A stretch of 64,000 bases of DNA from Squalus acanthias (GCA_030390025.1 JASTWF010000350.1:310001-374000); one strand, 5' to 3'; counted from the first letter of the stretch, positions 1-12,226 are shown. A program made the numbers and translations. The notes: a model not told the origin generated them from the sequence alone.

Positions 1-120
1 GAACCGAGGCGGGTAGATGGAGTTGAGGTACAGATCAGCCATGATCTAACTGAATGGTGGAACAGGCTCGCGCGCTGAATGGCCCACTCCTGTTCCTATG
101 TTCCTTCTTATGTTCCTTCC
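1..120 (+). mobile_element. CR1-type LINE 3' tail
   Basis: gatcagccatgatc..gaatgg..ctcctgttcctatgttc tail, same type as 4621-4720 and 6572-6660 on the other strand. Confidence 0.8.
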
Positions 121-959
121 TAAGAAGGTTCCGGTGTCTAGATAACCTTCTGCAGGGAGATAGTGGTGTGCTCCTCTATGCTGCTGCCGTGAGGTGGTGC
201 AGCCTTTGAGACATGCACTTCAGCTTCTCCCCTTGTACTGGGAACAGGATTCTGGTTACCAGCGATCAGTGGGAGAACACACCTCACAGAATCAGAAAGA
301 TCTTTAAATCCCTGAGAGACAGTCAACTTAATATCCTTCAGTCCCTCTGAGATGCTGCCCTCTATACTTTGCAATGCGGTTGACAATGACCTCTCCAGAC
401 AGTACAAGACCTGCAGTCCTTCATTCAGTGCCTCCACACTGAGTTGCCTGGATATTTCATGAAGTGGGAGAAGGTTTCTAGATGCCCCTGCAGCTGCCAC
501 TCAGATCAAACCTGGTCCCAATGCCCCAGAAGTCTGAACCTGAAAATCTGTGGGCTGTCATGCTGGTGTAACCGCTGGGATCGTGCCTGCTGGAGTTACC
601 CAACTGGAGTTTGCAGAGTCAGTGGGAGAACAATTCATTTGCACGGGATTGGCAGTCACCCACACCACTACGGGCACCCACCTGCCCCATGGTGCCAAAT
701 CATCTGGTGATTGACATCGGGTTGGGGAGGCCATGGCCCTCCCCTTCTGAGACCCCATGCAGTTCCTCATCGGCTCCCCTGCTTCCCCAGCCTGAACACA
801 CCAACAGGGCCAGCTTGTGCCCCTTCGGAGGCTGGTGCGCCTCATCGCTCTCAGTGTACCAGCCTCCAGTGTTATGCTGGGTCTCTTCTGAGACAGGGAA
901 CTGCGAATTCCAGGTGTATGGAGCCCATTTCCTGGTTAAACCCGCGGCATCATTGGCCT

Positions 960-3750
960 TGTAAGGAGTGGGCAGAGATTCTAGTCCTTACAAGATTGTG
1001 TGGGAACTCTCGGAATTGGCAGGGATCCAACGTGCTCGTCCCTGCCTTTTTCTGGTACATTCTGCTGGACTCCTGCCAGCAATATAGCGGGAGTTTGGTG
1101 AAGCTGCTGAGGCAATTCAGGGCCCATCTCTCCAGCCACACCTTTAGGTTCCTTATCTTATATTCCTATACTGACTAGCATGTGGTACCAGAAGTAATCA
1201 CGAGATTGCGACCCTTGAAGCCCTGCTCTTTAATCTATCTCCTAAATGCTGAAACTCCCTTTGCAGGACCCCAGTTCTAATTCTTCTCATGCCATTGGTT
1301 CCAAAATGAACCATGACTTCTGGTTGTTCCCCTTCCCTCTTCTGCTCGGTAATGTCCCTAACATGACAACTGGAAGGCAGCATTACATTCAGGACAATCA
1401 GTTGTAACTCCAAAAGCACCTGTCTATTCCCCTGATTATGGAATCCCTTATCAGTACTGTGTTTCTCCTTAAGATCTCCTTAACCGCGACTCCATCTTCG
1501 ACACGAGTGTCCTCAACTCCATCCCGCAGCATGCTACCCGCCACCATCTCAGCACAACCCCAGCCTGGCATGAGGTTGAAAAGGCCATCCGACAACTGAA
1601 GAACAACAAGGCCTCAGGAGCAGATGGAATCCCCGCTGAGGCACTACTGGCGCGAATTCATGAAATCATTTCTCTTATCTGGAAGGAGGAGAGCATGCCA
1701 GGGGATCTCAGAGATGCCGTAATTGTGACCATCTTCAAGAAAGGTGACAAGTCCGATTGCGGTAATTACAGAGGAGTTTCCCTGCTGTCTGCCACAGGGA
1801 AAGAATTCGCAAGAATCCTCCTCAATCGCCTTCTCCCAGTGGCTGAAAAGCTCCTCCCAGAGTCGCAATGCGGATTCTGCCCACTAAGGGGCACAATGGA
1901 CATGATCTTCACCGCACGTCAATTACAAGAGAAATGCAGGGAACAGCACCAACCGCTGTACATGGCCTTCTTTGATCTCACAAAGGCCTTCGACACTGTC
2001 AACCGTGAGGGATTATGGAGTGTCCTCCGCAAGTTCGGCTGCCCTCAAAAGTTTGTCACCATCCTCCGCCAGCTTCACGATGACATGCAAGCCTTGATCC
2101 TGACCAACGGTTCCACCACAGACCCAATTCACATACGAACTGGGGTCAAGCAAGGCTGTGTCATCGCACCAACGCTCTTCTCGATCTTCCTGGCTGCAAT
2201 GCTCCATCTCACCCTCAGTAAGCTGCCCGCTGGAGTGGAGCTAATTTACAGAACAAACGGGAAACTGTTCAACCTCCGTCGCCTCCAGTCCAGATCCAAG
2301 GTCGTCCATTGTCCATTGTCGTCGAATTACAGTATGCAGACGACGCTTGTGTCTGCGCTCATCAGAGGTCGAACTCCAAACCATCGTCAACACCTTCACC
2401 GAAGCGTACGAGAGCACGGGCCTTACATTAAACATCCGTAAGACAAAGGTCCTCTACCAACCTGCCCCCGCCACACAGTACTGCCCCCCGATTATCAAAA
2501 TCCACGACAAGGCCTTGGACAACGTGGACCACTTTCCATACCTCGGGAGCCTACTGTCAACAAGGGCAGACGTCGACGACGAAGTCCAACACCGCCTTCA
2601 GTGTGACAGTGCAGCCTTCGGTCACCTGAGGAAGAGAGTGTTTGAAGACCAGGACCTCAAACCCGGCACTAAGCTCATGGTCTACAGAGCAGCAGTGATA
2701 CCCGCCCTGCTGTATGCCTCAGAGACATGGACCATGTACAGCAGGCACCTCAAATCACTGGAGAGGTACCACCAACGCTGCCTCCGCAAGATCCTGCAAA
2801 TCCATTGGCAGGATAGGCGCACCAACGTCAGTGTTCTTGCTCAGGCCAACATCCCCAGCATCGAAGCTTTGACCACGCTCGATCAGCTCCGATGGACGGG
2901 TCACATTGTCCGCATGCCCGATACGAGACTCCCAAAACAAGCGCTCTACTCGGAGCTCCGACACGGCAAGAGAGTCTCAGGTGGGCAGAGGAAACGCTTC
3001 AAGGACACCCTCAAAGTCTCCTTGAAAAAGTGTAACATCCCCACCGACACCTGGGAATCCCTGGCCAAGACCGCACAAAGTGGAGGAGAAGCATCCGGGA
3101 AGGTACCGAACACCTCGAGTCTCTGCGCCGGGAGCAAGCGGAAGCCAAGCGCAGGCAGCGCAAGGAGCGCACATCAACCCAAGCACCCCACCCACCCACC
3201 CCTTCAACCACCGTCTGCCCCACCTGTGACAGAGACTGTCGGTCCCGCATTGGACTCATCAGTCACCTGAGAACTCATTGTTTAGTGTGGAAGCAAGTCA
3301 TCCTCGGTTCCGAGGGACTGCCTAAGAAGAATTTCTGCACATCACTCCCTCTCTTTGGCAACCACTTGCTCCATTGGTGGTGTTGTTTGGCTCGTGGTTG
3401 CCTTCCTCCAAGTTGTTGCCATTGTCACAGTACTGAATACCCGTTTGTCAATTCAATACTCTCAGGAGACCCTGTGCTGCCTCCTAACTAAGCTTCCTAT
3501 TCCGATGATGGTCGCCCCCCCCTCCCCTTCCTCACTAACTCGCTCAGCCTGAGGGGCGAACAATGTGCATTCCCAGAAACCTTCGGCCTCCTGAATTCAA
3601 CCGAGTATTCACCAGCTGCTCCTCAAGCTCATTCATTTTGAGGTTGAGCGCAAGCCGTTGAAAATACTTCCTCCATGCGTGGTTCTCCTGGCTATAAGCA
3701 CCGTGCACAGGTACTGCACATCATGGGCTTCAGCTGTCTCCCCATACGAA
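960..3750 (-). mobile_element. Degenerate CR1 ORF1 (Cys motif, coiled coil, SGNH esterase-like), split by an RTE insertion at 1470-3331
   Basis: 3745-3570 reads MGRQLKPMMCSTC..ELEEQL; LTNGYSVL at about 3430-3450; DSIIRGIDR and EQPEVMVHFGTN..LQREFQHLGDRLKSRASRVAIS at 1200-1460. Confidence 0.7.
1470..3331 (+). mobile_element. RTE-clade LINE, 5'-truncated, frameshifted RT
   Basis: NYRGVSLLS, QCGF, FFDLTKAFDTV, GVKQGCVIAPTLF; YADD at 2333-2344 lies in a shifted frame; RTE C-terminus (ALLYASETW, QLRWTGHIVRM, GGQRKRFKD); ends gagggactgcctaagaagaa. Confidence 0.92.
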
Positions 3751-4620
3751 ACAGTTTAATAAAAGCAAACACAGCAACTCAGTGATTTAATTGCTCAAGT
3801 ATAAATGTAGGCCAACTGCACCTCAAGGCTAAACTCCCTTTCAAGCTGAACTCCCTCTGAGGCTAAACTGGGGAGGGATTTATTTTCGATTGTTCCAGCA
3901 AAGAGCCAGCATGGACACAATAGGCCAATTGGCCTCCTTAAGTGCTGTAAGCTTCGATAGTTCCACATTCTCCTGGCCTTCCACACTCTGCTGGCCTCTC
4001 GCGGATCAAAATTAACCTCTCATTAGCTCAAAGTAATACTGTGTTAACCTACACAATGGTGTAACTGCCAGTGGAAGAAGCAGCCATTCAGAGACAGCTA
4101 ATCTCACCACTTATGTAATCAATTAATTAACAGCTCAAACCAGCCCACAGATAAGGCAGCAAATTAAAAAAATTTCAACATTTCCTAGCATTGAATAGTT
4201 AAACTGAAGTCAAGTTAAATAAATTCAAAATAACTAAGTGGAAATGTTAATCCTTCTGTTGCAATCACCTCCACTGAGGATAATCTCGACACCTTCCTGA
4301 CCTTTCACATGCCACTGGCCTCTTGTACGTAGCTCAGCCTGTGTGTGACCCGAGTGTGCAGACCAGGAGCCACCTTTTGTGAGTGTGTAAACATGCAGAA
4401 CACATTGTGATGTCAGCAATACAAGGGCTCTGGTAAACTATGGGATTTCCTTTATATTTGGAGAGTGGATGTGGAATGCTGTACATTACCCTTCTGTGAT
4501 GCTTCACCAAGCTTACAATGAAGCACTATTTAGATGCAAGACAACATTGATAAATTATGCAAAGTGTGAACACTCTTATTTTTGCACAGCAAAGTTCTTC
4601 TTCAACAACAACCCATTTCA

Positions 4621-5117
4621 GGTAAGAACATAAAAACATAAGAAATCGGAGCAGGAGTAGACCATTTGACCCTTCAAGCCTGCTCTGCCATTCAATAAGA
4701 TCATGGCTGATCTTCTACCTCCTCTCCACTTTCCTGCACTATCCCCATATCCCTTGATTCCCTTAATATCCAAAAATCTATTGATCTCTGTCTTGAATAT
4801 ACTCAACAAATGAGCCTCCACAGCCCTCTGGGGTAGAGAATTCCAAAGATTCACCACCCTCTGAGTGAAGAAGTTTCTCCTCATCTCAGTCCTAAATGGC
4901 TGACCCCTTATCCTGATACTGTGACCCCTGGTTCTAGACTTCCCAGCCAGGGGAAACATCCTCCCCGCAACTACCCTGTCAAGCCCTGTAAGAATTTTGT
5001 ATGTTTCAATGAGATCACCTCTCATTCTTCTAAATGCTAGAGAATATGGGCCTAGTCTACTCAATCTCTCCTCATAGGACAATCCCCCCATTCCAGGAAC
5101 CAGTCTGGTGAACCTTC
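4621..5117 (-). mobile_element. CR1 LINE 3' fragment
   Basis: ORF 4618..5091 SYEERL..RRMRGDLIETYKI..TRGH..RNFFTQRVVNLWNSLP plus a (TTCTTATG)-like tail. Confidence 0.9.
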
Positions 5118-6571
5118 ATTTTTTTTAAAATTCGTTTTATGGGATGTGGGCGTCGCTGGCAAGGCCAGCATTTATTGCCCATCCCTAATTGCCCTTGAGA
5201 AGGTGGTGGTGAGCCGCCTTCTTGAACCGCTGCAGTCCGTCTGGTGAAAGTACTCCCACAGTGCTGTTAGGGAGGGAGTTCCAGGATTTTGACCCAACGA
5301 CGATGAAGGATCGGCGATATACTTCTAAGTCAGGATGGTGTGTGACTTGGAGGGGAACTTGGAGGTGGCAGAGTTCCCATGTGTCTGCTGCCCTTGTCCT
5401 TCTAGGTGGAAGAGGTCGTGGGTTTGGGAGGTGCTGCCGAAGAAGCCTTGGTGAACTTCTGCAGTGCATCTTGTAGATGGTACACACTGCAGCCACGGTA
5501 TGCCGGTGGTGGAGGGAGTGAATGTTTAAGGTGGTGGATGGGGTGCCAATCAAGCGGGCTGCTTTGTCGTGGATGATGCCGCGCTTCGAGTTTTGTTGGA
5601 GCTGCACTCATCCAGCAAAGTGGAGAGTATTCCATCACACGCCTGACTTGTGCCTTGTAGATGATGGAAAGGCTTTGGGGAGTTAGGAGGTGAGACACTC
5701 GCCGCAAAATACCTAGCCTCTGACCTGGTCTTGTTGCCACAGTATTTATGTGGCTGGTCCAGTCAAATTTCTGGTCAATGGTGACCCCCCAGGATATTGA
5801 TGGTGGGGATTTCGGCAATGGTAATGCCGTTGAATGTCAAGGGGCGGTGGTTAGACTCTTTCTTGTTGGAGATAGTTATTGCCTGGCACTTGTGTGGTGT
5901 GAATGTTACCTGCCACTTATCAGCCCAAGCCTGAATGTCGTTCAGGTCTTGTTGCCTGCGGGCATGAACTGCTTCATTATCTGCGGAGTTGTGAATGGTG
6001 CTGAACACTGTGTAGTCATCAGTGAACATCCCCATTTCTGACCTTATGTTGGAGGGAAGGTCATTGATGAAGCAGCTGCAAATGGTTGGGCCTAGGACAC
6101 TGCCCTGAGGAACTCCTGCAGCAATGTACTGGGGATGTGATGATTGACCTCCAACCACCACAACCATCTTCCTTTGTGCTAGGTATGACTCCAGCCAGTG
6201 GAGAGTTTTCCCCCCCCCGATTCCCATTAACTTCAGTTTTACTAGGGCTCCTTGATGCCACACTCAGTCAAATGCTGTCTTGATGTCAAGGGCAGTCACT
6301 CTCACCTCACCTCTGGAATTCAGCTCCTTTATCCATGTTTGGACCAAGGCTGTAATGAGGTCTGGAGCTGAGTGGTCTTGGCGGAACCCAAACTGGGCAT
6401 CAGTGAGCAAGTTATTGGTAAGTGCCGCTTGATAGCACTGTCGACGACACCTTCCATCACTTTGCTGATGATTGAGATTAGATTGATGGGGCGATAATTG
6501 GCTGGATTGGATTTGTCCTGCTTTTTGTGGACAGGACATACCTGGGCAGTTTTCCACATTGTCGGGTAGAT

Positions 6572-9500
6572 AAGAACATAAGAACATAAGAAATAGGAGC
6601 AGGAGTAGGCCAATCGGCCCCTCGAGCCTGCTCCGCCATTCAATAAGATCATGGCTGATCTGATCCTAACCGCCAATCTACTATCACAGAACCATCTCCT
6701 GCATCTAACAGAATTGCACACACAAAATAGGAGCAGAATCAGGCTACACGGTCCCTGGGCCCGCTCCACTACCCACAGGGCCATGACCGATCCGAACCTA
6801 GACTCATGTCCAAATTCCTGCCCGCTCCCCGTAACCCTTAATGCCCTTTACTTCTAGGAAACTGTCTATTTCTGTTTTAAATTTATTTAATGATGTAGCT
6901 TCTACAGCTTTTTGTGGCAGCATATTCCATGGACCTACCACCCTCTGAGTGAAGTAGTTCCTCCTCATCTCAGTTTTGAAAGAGCAGCCCCTTATTCTAA
7001 GACTATGTCCCCTAGTTCTAGTCTCACCCGTCATCGGGAACATCCTCCCCGCATCCACCCGATCCAACCCCTTCACAATCTTATATGTTTCAATAAGATT
7101 GCCTCTCATTCTTCTGAACTGCAATGAGTAGAGTCCCAATCTACCTAACCTCTCCTCATATGACCACCCCCTCATCCCCGGGATTAACCGAGTGAACCTT
7201 TTTTGCACTGCCTCGAGAGCAAGGATGTCTTTCCTTAAGTAAGGACACCAAAACTGTATGCAGTATTCCAGGTGCGGTCTCACCAATACCTTGTACAACT
7301 GAAGCAATACCTCCCTATTTTTATATTCTATCCCCCTAGCAATGAAAGCCAACATTCCATTTGCCTTCTTAATCACTTGCTGCACCTGCATACTAACCTT
7401 TTGAGTTTCGTGCACCAGGACCCCCAGATCCCTTTGCACTTCAGTACTCTCCAGTTTCTTGCCATTAAGATAATAAATTGCTCTAGGATTTTTCCTGCCA
7501 AAGTGCATCACCTCACACTTTCCAGTGTTGTATTCCATCTGCCAAATCTCTGCCCACTTACTTAGCCTGTCTATGTCCCCTTGCAGGTTTTTTATGTCCT
7601 CCTCACTCACTACTTTCCCTCCCATCTTTGTATCATCTGCAAATTTTGATATGTTACACTTGGTCCCTTCCTCCAAATCGTTAATATAGATTGTAAAGAG
7701 TTGGGGACCCAGCACTGACCCCTGTGGAACACCACTAGTTACTGATTGCCAGTCTGAGAATGAACCATTTATCCCAACTCTTTGCTTTCTGTTAGATAGC
7801 CAATCCTCTATCCATGCCAGAATATTACCCCCAATCCCGTGATTTTTTACCTTAAGCAATAATCTTTTGTGTGGCACCTTGTCAAATGCCTTTTGGAAGT
7901 CTAAATACACTACGTCCACTGGTTCCCCTTTATCCACTCTATATGTTACTTCCTCAAAGAACTCCAGCAAATTTGTCAAACATGACTTCCCCTTCGTAAA
8001 ACCATGCTGACTTTGTCCTATTAAATTATGATTATCCAAATGTCCTGTTACTGTTTCCTTAATAATGGACTCCAAAATTTTACCTACCACAGATGTTAGG
8101 CTAACCGGTCTATAGTTACCAGCCTTCTGTCTACTGCCCTTTTTAAATAAGGGTGTTACATTAGCAGTTTTCCAGTCTGCCGGGACCTTAGCGGAATCCA
8201 GGGAGTTTTGAAAAATTATTACCAATGCATCTACAATCCCTACCGCCACTTCCTTCAAGACTCTAGGATGTAAGCCATCAGGTCCAGGTGATTTATCCGC
8301 CTTGAGTCCCATTATTTTACCGAGTACCACTTCCTTAGTGATTTTGATCGTGTTTAGCTCCTCTCCCCCTATAGCCCCCTGTTTGTCCAGTGTTGGGATA
8401 TTCTTAGTGTCCTCTACTGTAAAGACTGATACAAAATATTCATTCAGTGTTTTTGCCATCTCCATATTTCCCACCTTTAATTTCCCGGTCTCATCCTCTA
8501 AGGGACCAACATTTACTTTAGCCACCCTTTTTCTTTTTATATAACTATAAAAACTCTTACTATCTGTTTTTATATTTTTTGCTAATTTACTTTCATAATC
8601 TATCTTCCCTTTCTTAATCAATCGTTTTGTTATTTTTTGCTGCCTTTTAAAGTTTTCCCAATCCTCTGTCCTCCCACTAGATTTCGCTACCTTATATGCC
8701 CTTGTTTTTAGTCGAATACTATCCTTAATTTCTTTACTTAGCCACGGATGACTGTCCTTTCTTTTACACCCTTTTCTTTTCAGTGGAATATATATTTTTT
8801 GGAAGTTGTAAAATAACTCCTTGAATGTACACCACTGATCATGTGTCGTCTTACCCTTTAATCTATTTTCCCAATCCACTCTACTCAATTCCGCTCGCAT
8901 ACCTTCATAGTCTCCTTTATTCAAGCTTAGCACGCTTGTTTGAGATCCAACCTTCTCACCCTCTAATTGAATATGGAACTCAACCATGTTATGGTCACTC
9001 ATTCCAAGGGGATCCTTTACTAGGACATTTTTAATTAATCCTGTCTCGTTACACAGGACCAGATCTAAGGTTGCTTGCCCCCTGGTCGGTTCAGTTACAT
9101 ACTGCTCAAGAAACCCATCCCTAATACACTCAATGAACTCATCCTCAAGGCAGCCCTGCCCCATTTGATTTGTCCAATTAATATGATAGTTAAAATCCCC
9201 CATAATTATAGATGTTCCCTTATTACATGCCTCAACTATTTCCTGATTGATACTCCGTCCAACAGAGTTGCAACTGTTCGGAGGCCTATAGACTACGCCC
9301 ACTAGTGTTTTTTTCCCCTTATTATTCCTTATCTGCACCCAAACTGTTTCATTATCATGATTTTTTGACCCAATATCATTACTCTGTATTACAGTGATTC
9401 CTTCCTTTATTAACACAGCCACCCCACCTCCCCTTCCTTCCTGCCTGTCCTTCCTGATCGTTAAATAACCTGGTATGTTTAATTCCCAGGCATTGTCACC

Positions 9501-9671
9501 CTGCAGCCATGTTTCTGTAATGGCCACAATATCATAACCATATGTAGTTATTTGTGCCATTAACTCGTCTATTTTGTTACGAATGCTACGTGCATTCAGA
9601 TAGAGAACTTTCAAATATGCTTTGTGGCACTTAGTTCCTGCTTTTTCACTTTTTACCACTTTACCTTTTAC
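6572..9671 (-). mobile_element. Young CR1 LINE, 5'-truncated at the start of ORF2
   Basis: Open ORF2, 3' UTR and taagaacataagaacataagaa tail at 6571-6592. Confidence 0.95.
6804..9659 (-). CDS. CR1 ORF2 (APE endonuclease + reverse transcriptase), 951 aa uninterrupted; frame opens at GTG
   Basis: YLNARS, ITETW, VYRPP, MGDFN, LDLV, SDH (EN); [38 protein letters not shown] (RT); CR1-type C-terminus. Confidence 0.93.
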   Translation of the reverse strand: MVKSEKAGTKCHKAYLKVLYLNARSIRNKIDELMAQITTYGYDIVAITETWLQGDNAWELNIPGYLTIRKDRQEGRGGGVAVLIKEGITVIQSNDIGSKNHDNETVWVQIRNNKGKKTLVGVVYRPPNSCNSVGRSINQEIVEACNKGTSIIMGDFNYHINWTNQMGQGCLEDEFIECIRDGFLEQYVTEPTRGQATLDLVLCNETGLIKNVLVKDPLGMSDHNMVEFHIQLEGEKVGSQTSVLSLNKGDYEGMRAELSRVDWENRLKGKTTHDQWCTFKELFYNFQKIYIPLKRKGCKRKDSHPWLSKEIKDSIRLKTRAYKVAKSSGRTEDWENFKRQQKITKRLIKKGKIDYESKLAKNIKTDSKSFYSYIKRKRVAKVNVGPLEDETGKLKVGNMEMAKTLNEYFVSVFTVEDTKNIPTLDKQGAIGGEELNTIKITKEVVLGKIMGLKADKSPGPDGLHPRVLKEVAVGIVDALVIIFQNSLDSAKVPADWKTANVTPLFKKGSRQKAGNYRPVSLTSVVGKILESIIKETVTGHLDNHNLIGQSQHGFTKGKSCLTNLLEFFEEVTYRVDKGEPVDVVYLDFQKAFDKVPHKRLLLKVKNHGIGGNILAWIEDWLSNRKQRVGINGSFSDWQSVTSGVPQGSVLGPQLFTIYINDLEEGTKCNISKFADDTKMGGKVVSEEDIKNLQGDIDRLSKWAEIWQMEYNTGKCEVMHFGRKNPRAIYYLNGKKLESTEVQRDLGVLVHETQKVSMQVQQVIKKANGMLAFIARGIEYKNREVLLQLYKVLVRPHLEYCIQFWCPYLRKDILALEAVQKRFTRLIPGMRGWSYEERLGRLGLYSLQFRRMRGNLIETYKIVKGLDRVDAGRMFPMTGETRTRGHSLRIRGCSFKTEMRRNYFTQRVVGPWNMLPQKAVEATSLNKFKTEIDSFLEVKGIKGYGERAGIWT

Positions 9672-9771
9672 TGCCAGTGTTGTAGCTGTACTGGGACAGC
9701 TTGGCTAGAGGCGCGGCTAGTTCTGGAGCACAAGTCTTCAGCAGGACAGCTGGGATGTTGTCGGGGCCCAT

Positions 9772-10062
9772 AACCTCGCCCCTCCCTATCTCTGTAACCT
9801 CCTCCAGCCCTACAACCTGCCAAGATCTCTGCATTCTCCCAATTTTGGCCTCTTGCGCATCCCCGATTTTCATCACTCCACCATTGGCAGCTGTGCCTTC
9901 AGCTGTCTTGGCCCTAAGCTCTCGAATTCCCTCCCTAAACCTCTCCGCCTCTCTCTCTCCTGTAAGATGCTCTTTAAAACCTACCTCTTTGACCAAGCTT
10001 TTGGTTACCTGTCCTAATATCTCGTTATGTGGCTCGGGATAAATGCAAATTGTTGTAGTTGA
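9772..10062 (+). mobile_element. L2-like LINE/SINE 3' fragment
   Basis: ctccctatctctgtaacctcctccagccc..gccttcagctg..gaattccctccctaaacc..gaccaagcttttgg..ataaatgcaa; related to 16705-17047 in reverse. Confidence 0.65.
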
Positions 10063-10435
10063 AAGTGAAGTGATCAGAAAGACAGACAAACTGGAAGAAA
10101 GTGATGTGGGTAGAATTTCCGCAGCGGTTCCCTGATGGTCCAGCGTAACTTCGGCGTAAGATTGGTAGAAACCCTGGAGAATTGGCGGAAATATGCTGTT
10201 TCTCCGGGGTTTCTGCTGACCTCCCATCGAAGCTACGGTAGGATGGTAAGACCTCCTGTGGAAATTACTGGTGAGTCTGGTAACAGATGTCTGTGGAAAA
10301 ACCATTGCCATGGAGGGAAAGAGTGAGTCCAGGAAGGAAGGAATCAGAGTTGGATCACATAAAAGTGAGGGATGAAATTGACAAGATCAGAGCAAGAGCA
10401 GGAAGCAGAACGAACAAAGTTTTCAGTGTCACTCA

Positions 10436-11190
10436 TACAAATGCTGTGGATGCTGAAAATCTGAAATAAAAACAGAACATGCTGGAAACTCTCAGCAGGT
10501 CAGGCAGCATCTGTGGAGAGAGAAACAGAGTTAACGTTTCAGGTCAATGACCCGTTGTCAAAATTATTTGTACTTCTTTCAAGTTAGTATACTGTCACCG
10601 CTGCTCACGATGCGGTCTCCTCAACACTGGGGAGACCAAACGCAGATTGGTGATCACTTTGCAGAACACCTTCATTCAGTCCGCAAGCGTGACCCTGAGT
10701 TTCTGGTCGCTTGCCATTTTAATTCTCCGTTCCACTCCCACTCTGGCCTCGGCCTCCTACACGGTTCCATTGAAGCTCAAGGAACAGCACCTCATCTCTT
10801 GATTAGGCACTTTACAGCATTAAACATTGATTTCAGTGACTTCAGATCATAACCACTGCTCCCATTTTTTTGGACAGGAGCTGGTGATGGTTCTGCTGCC
10901 AATTTCAAGCTCCTGTAGACCAATCTTTTGTTTCTTTACTTGTCCCATAACCACCCCCTTTTGCCTTGCACCATCGTTCCTTTTGTCATTTAATCTCTCC
11001 TGCCTTCCACCCTATCACAGACCTTCCCTTTTGTTCTTTCCTCCCCTCACCCCCTTTCCCTGCCTCTGTACTTGCTAAAAATCTGTTAAATCTCTAACTT
11101 CTTCCAGTTTATCAACCTGAAACGTTAACTCTGCTTCTCTCTCCACAGATGCCTGATGTGCTGAGTATTTCCAGCATTTTCTATTTTTAC
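10436..11190 (+). mobile_element. Penelope-like element remnant: GIY-YIG fragment flanked by inverted terminal repeats
   Basis: 10465-10545 is the inverted copy of 11115-11190; the interior reads (GET)KR..GDHFAEHLHSVRKRDPEFLVACHFNS. Confidence 0.7.
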
Positions 11191-11199
11191 TCATAGTTG

Positions 11200-11700
11200 G
11201 GACTCATGTGGGTTCCCACAGTGACACCTTTCACTTGGAGGAAGTGAGTCTAATTAAAAGAGTTGTTCCTGGTGAGAAGTTCAGGTGGTGGAAGGTAGTG
11301 ACTGGCTGTTCAAGGAAGAAGTTGGGGATCCAGAGATGGTTGCAGTGCTGTTCAAAGAAGAAGTTGATTTTCAGAGATTCTCCTAGTGACAGATGTAGGT
11401 GTAGAGGGACTGTATGTCCATGATGGACAGGAGATCAATTGAGAAGAGTCATGGATGTAGGCAGATAGAGACTGGACAAGAAAGAAAGAATAGAGGCAAG
11501 AGGAGACTAGTTGAGCAGGACAGGAGCCAGCTTAAACAACAGCTCTGCTGGGATAGTCAATTTTTGTGTTTTTTGGGGAGAAAGAGTCTGAGAGGTTGGG
11601 AAACTATGTGGTTGGAGGCAATGGGGAGATCCAGAAGACACTCTGTGAACTAATGAGTTGATGATTGGTAGTAGGGTCATAATCAAGAGGGAAATAGGTA
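11200..11700 (-). mobile_element. Highly decayed Penelope-like RT remnant
   Basis: MDIQSLY-like motif at about 11400-11420 and NNSF/KGV..GT-like motifs at about 11210-11270 on the minus strand. Confidence 0.4.
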
Positions 11701-12226
11701 TGGGAGGTAGGTAGTGTTTAGTTTCAGGCCTTCGAGTCCATCCTTCATAATTGTCTACAAGTGCACTGAAGTTGACTGTTTTAGTCCCCAAAACCTCAAC
11801 ATCAGCAGTGGGCGCATTCATGACAGATACCACTGATATTACTATATGCTCAAGGTCGAATGCAGACACCTCCTCCCTCATGGCACGAATCAGGTTAGAT
11901 GCAGTAAAACAAGTCTTGATGGTGGGCTCTTCTACACTACCTTCCAGCATGTGTTGCACAATTGACCGGTGTACACATTCATAACATTTTCCTGTTACAA
12001 AGCTGGCCTCATGAAATTAGAATCTAGAAGCAATGCAAAAGGGTCAATCATCATGTTTTACTTCCACCCAGAAATTCTTCAGTTGTCAACAACGCCCCTT
12101 CCTCATTTATGTTACATGCATCACCTCCTCAGCCTCACTGATAACATCCTCCAGAGCCCAGGTCTCTGGGCTACTTCTTGCTTTGCTTGTTGGTTTTGAG
12201 GCAGGGTCCTTTGCTGGGTGGTAGGC

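Larger units (their letters stand above)
5119..9771 (-). mobile_element. Degenerate LINE of the CR1/L2 superclade (Zenon-like), in two pieces (5119-6571 and 9672-9771) split by a CR1 insertion
   Basis: GPDNIPAVLLKTCAPELAAPL..YNTG | IYPTMWK..NYRPI, ALDIKTAFD, GVPQGSVLGP, FTDD, YKAQVRRVMEY; frameshifted; A-rich tail at about 5119-5130. Confidence 0.8.

Noticed and set aside
9661..10311. 216-aa ORF directly upstream of CR1 ORF2 as a possible ORF1
   Set aside because: It is a chimera of host-LINE RT, an antisense L2 fragment and other sequence, with no ORF1 motifs.
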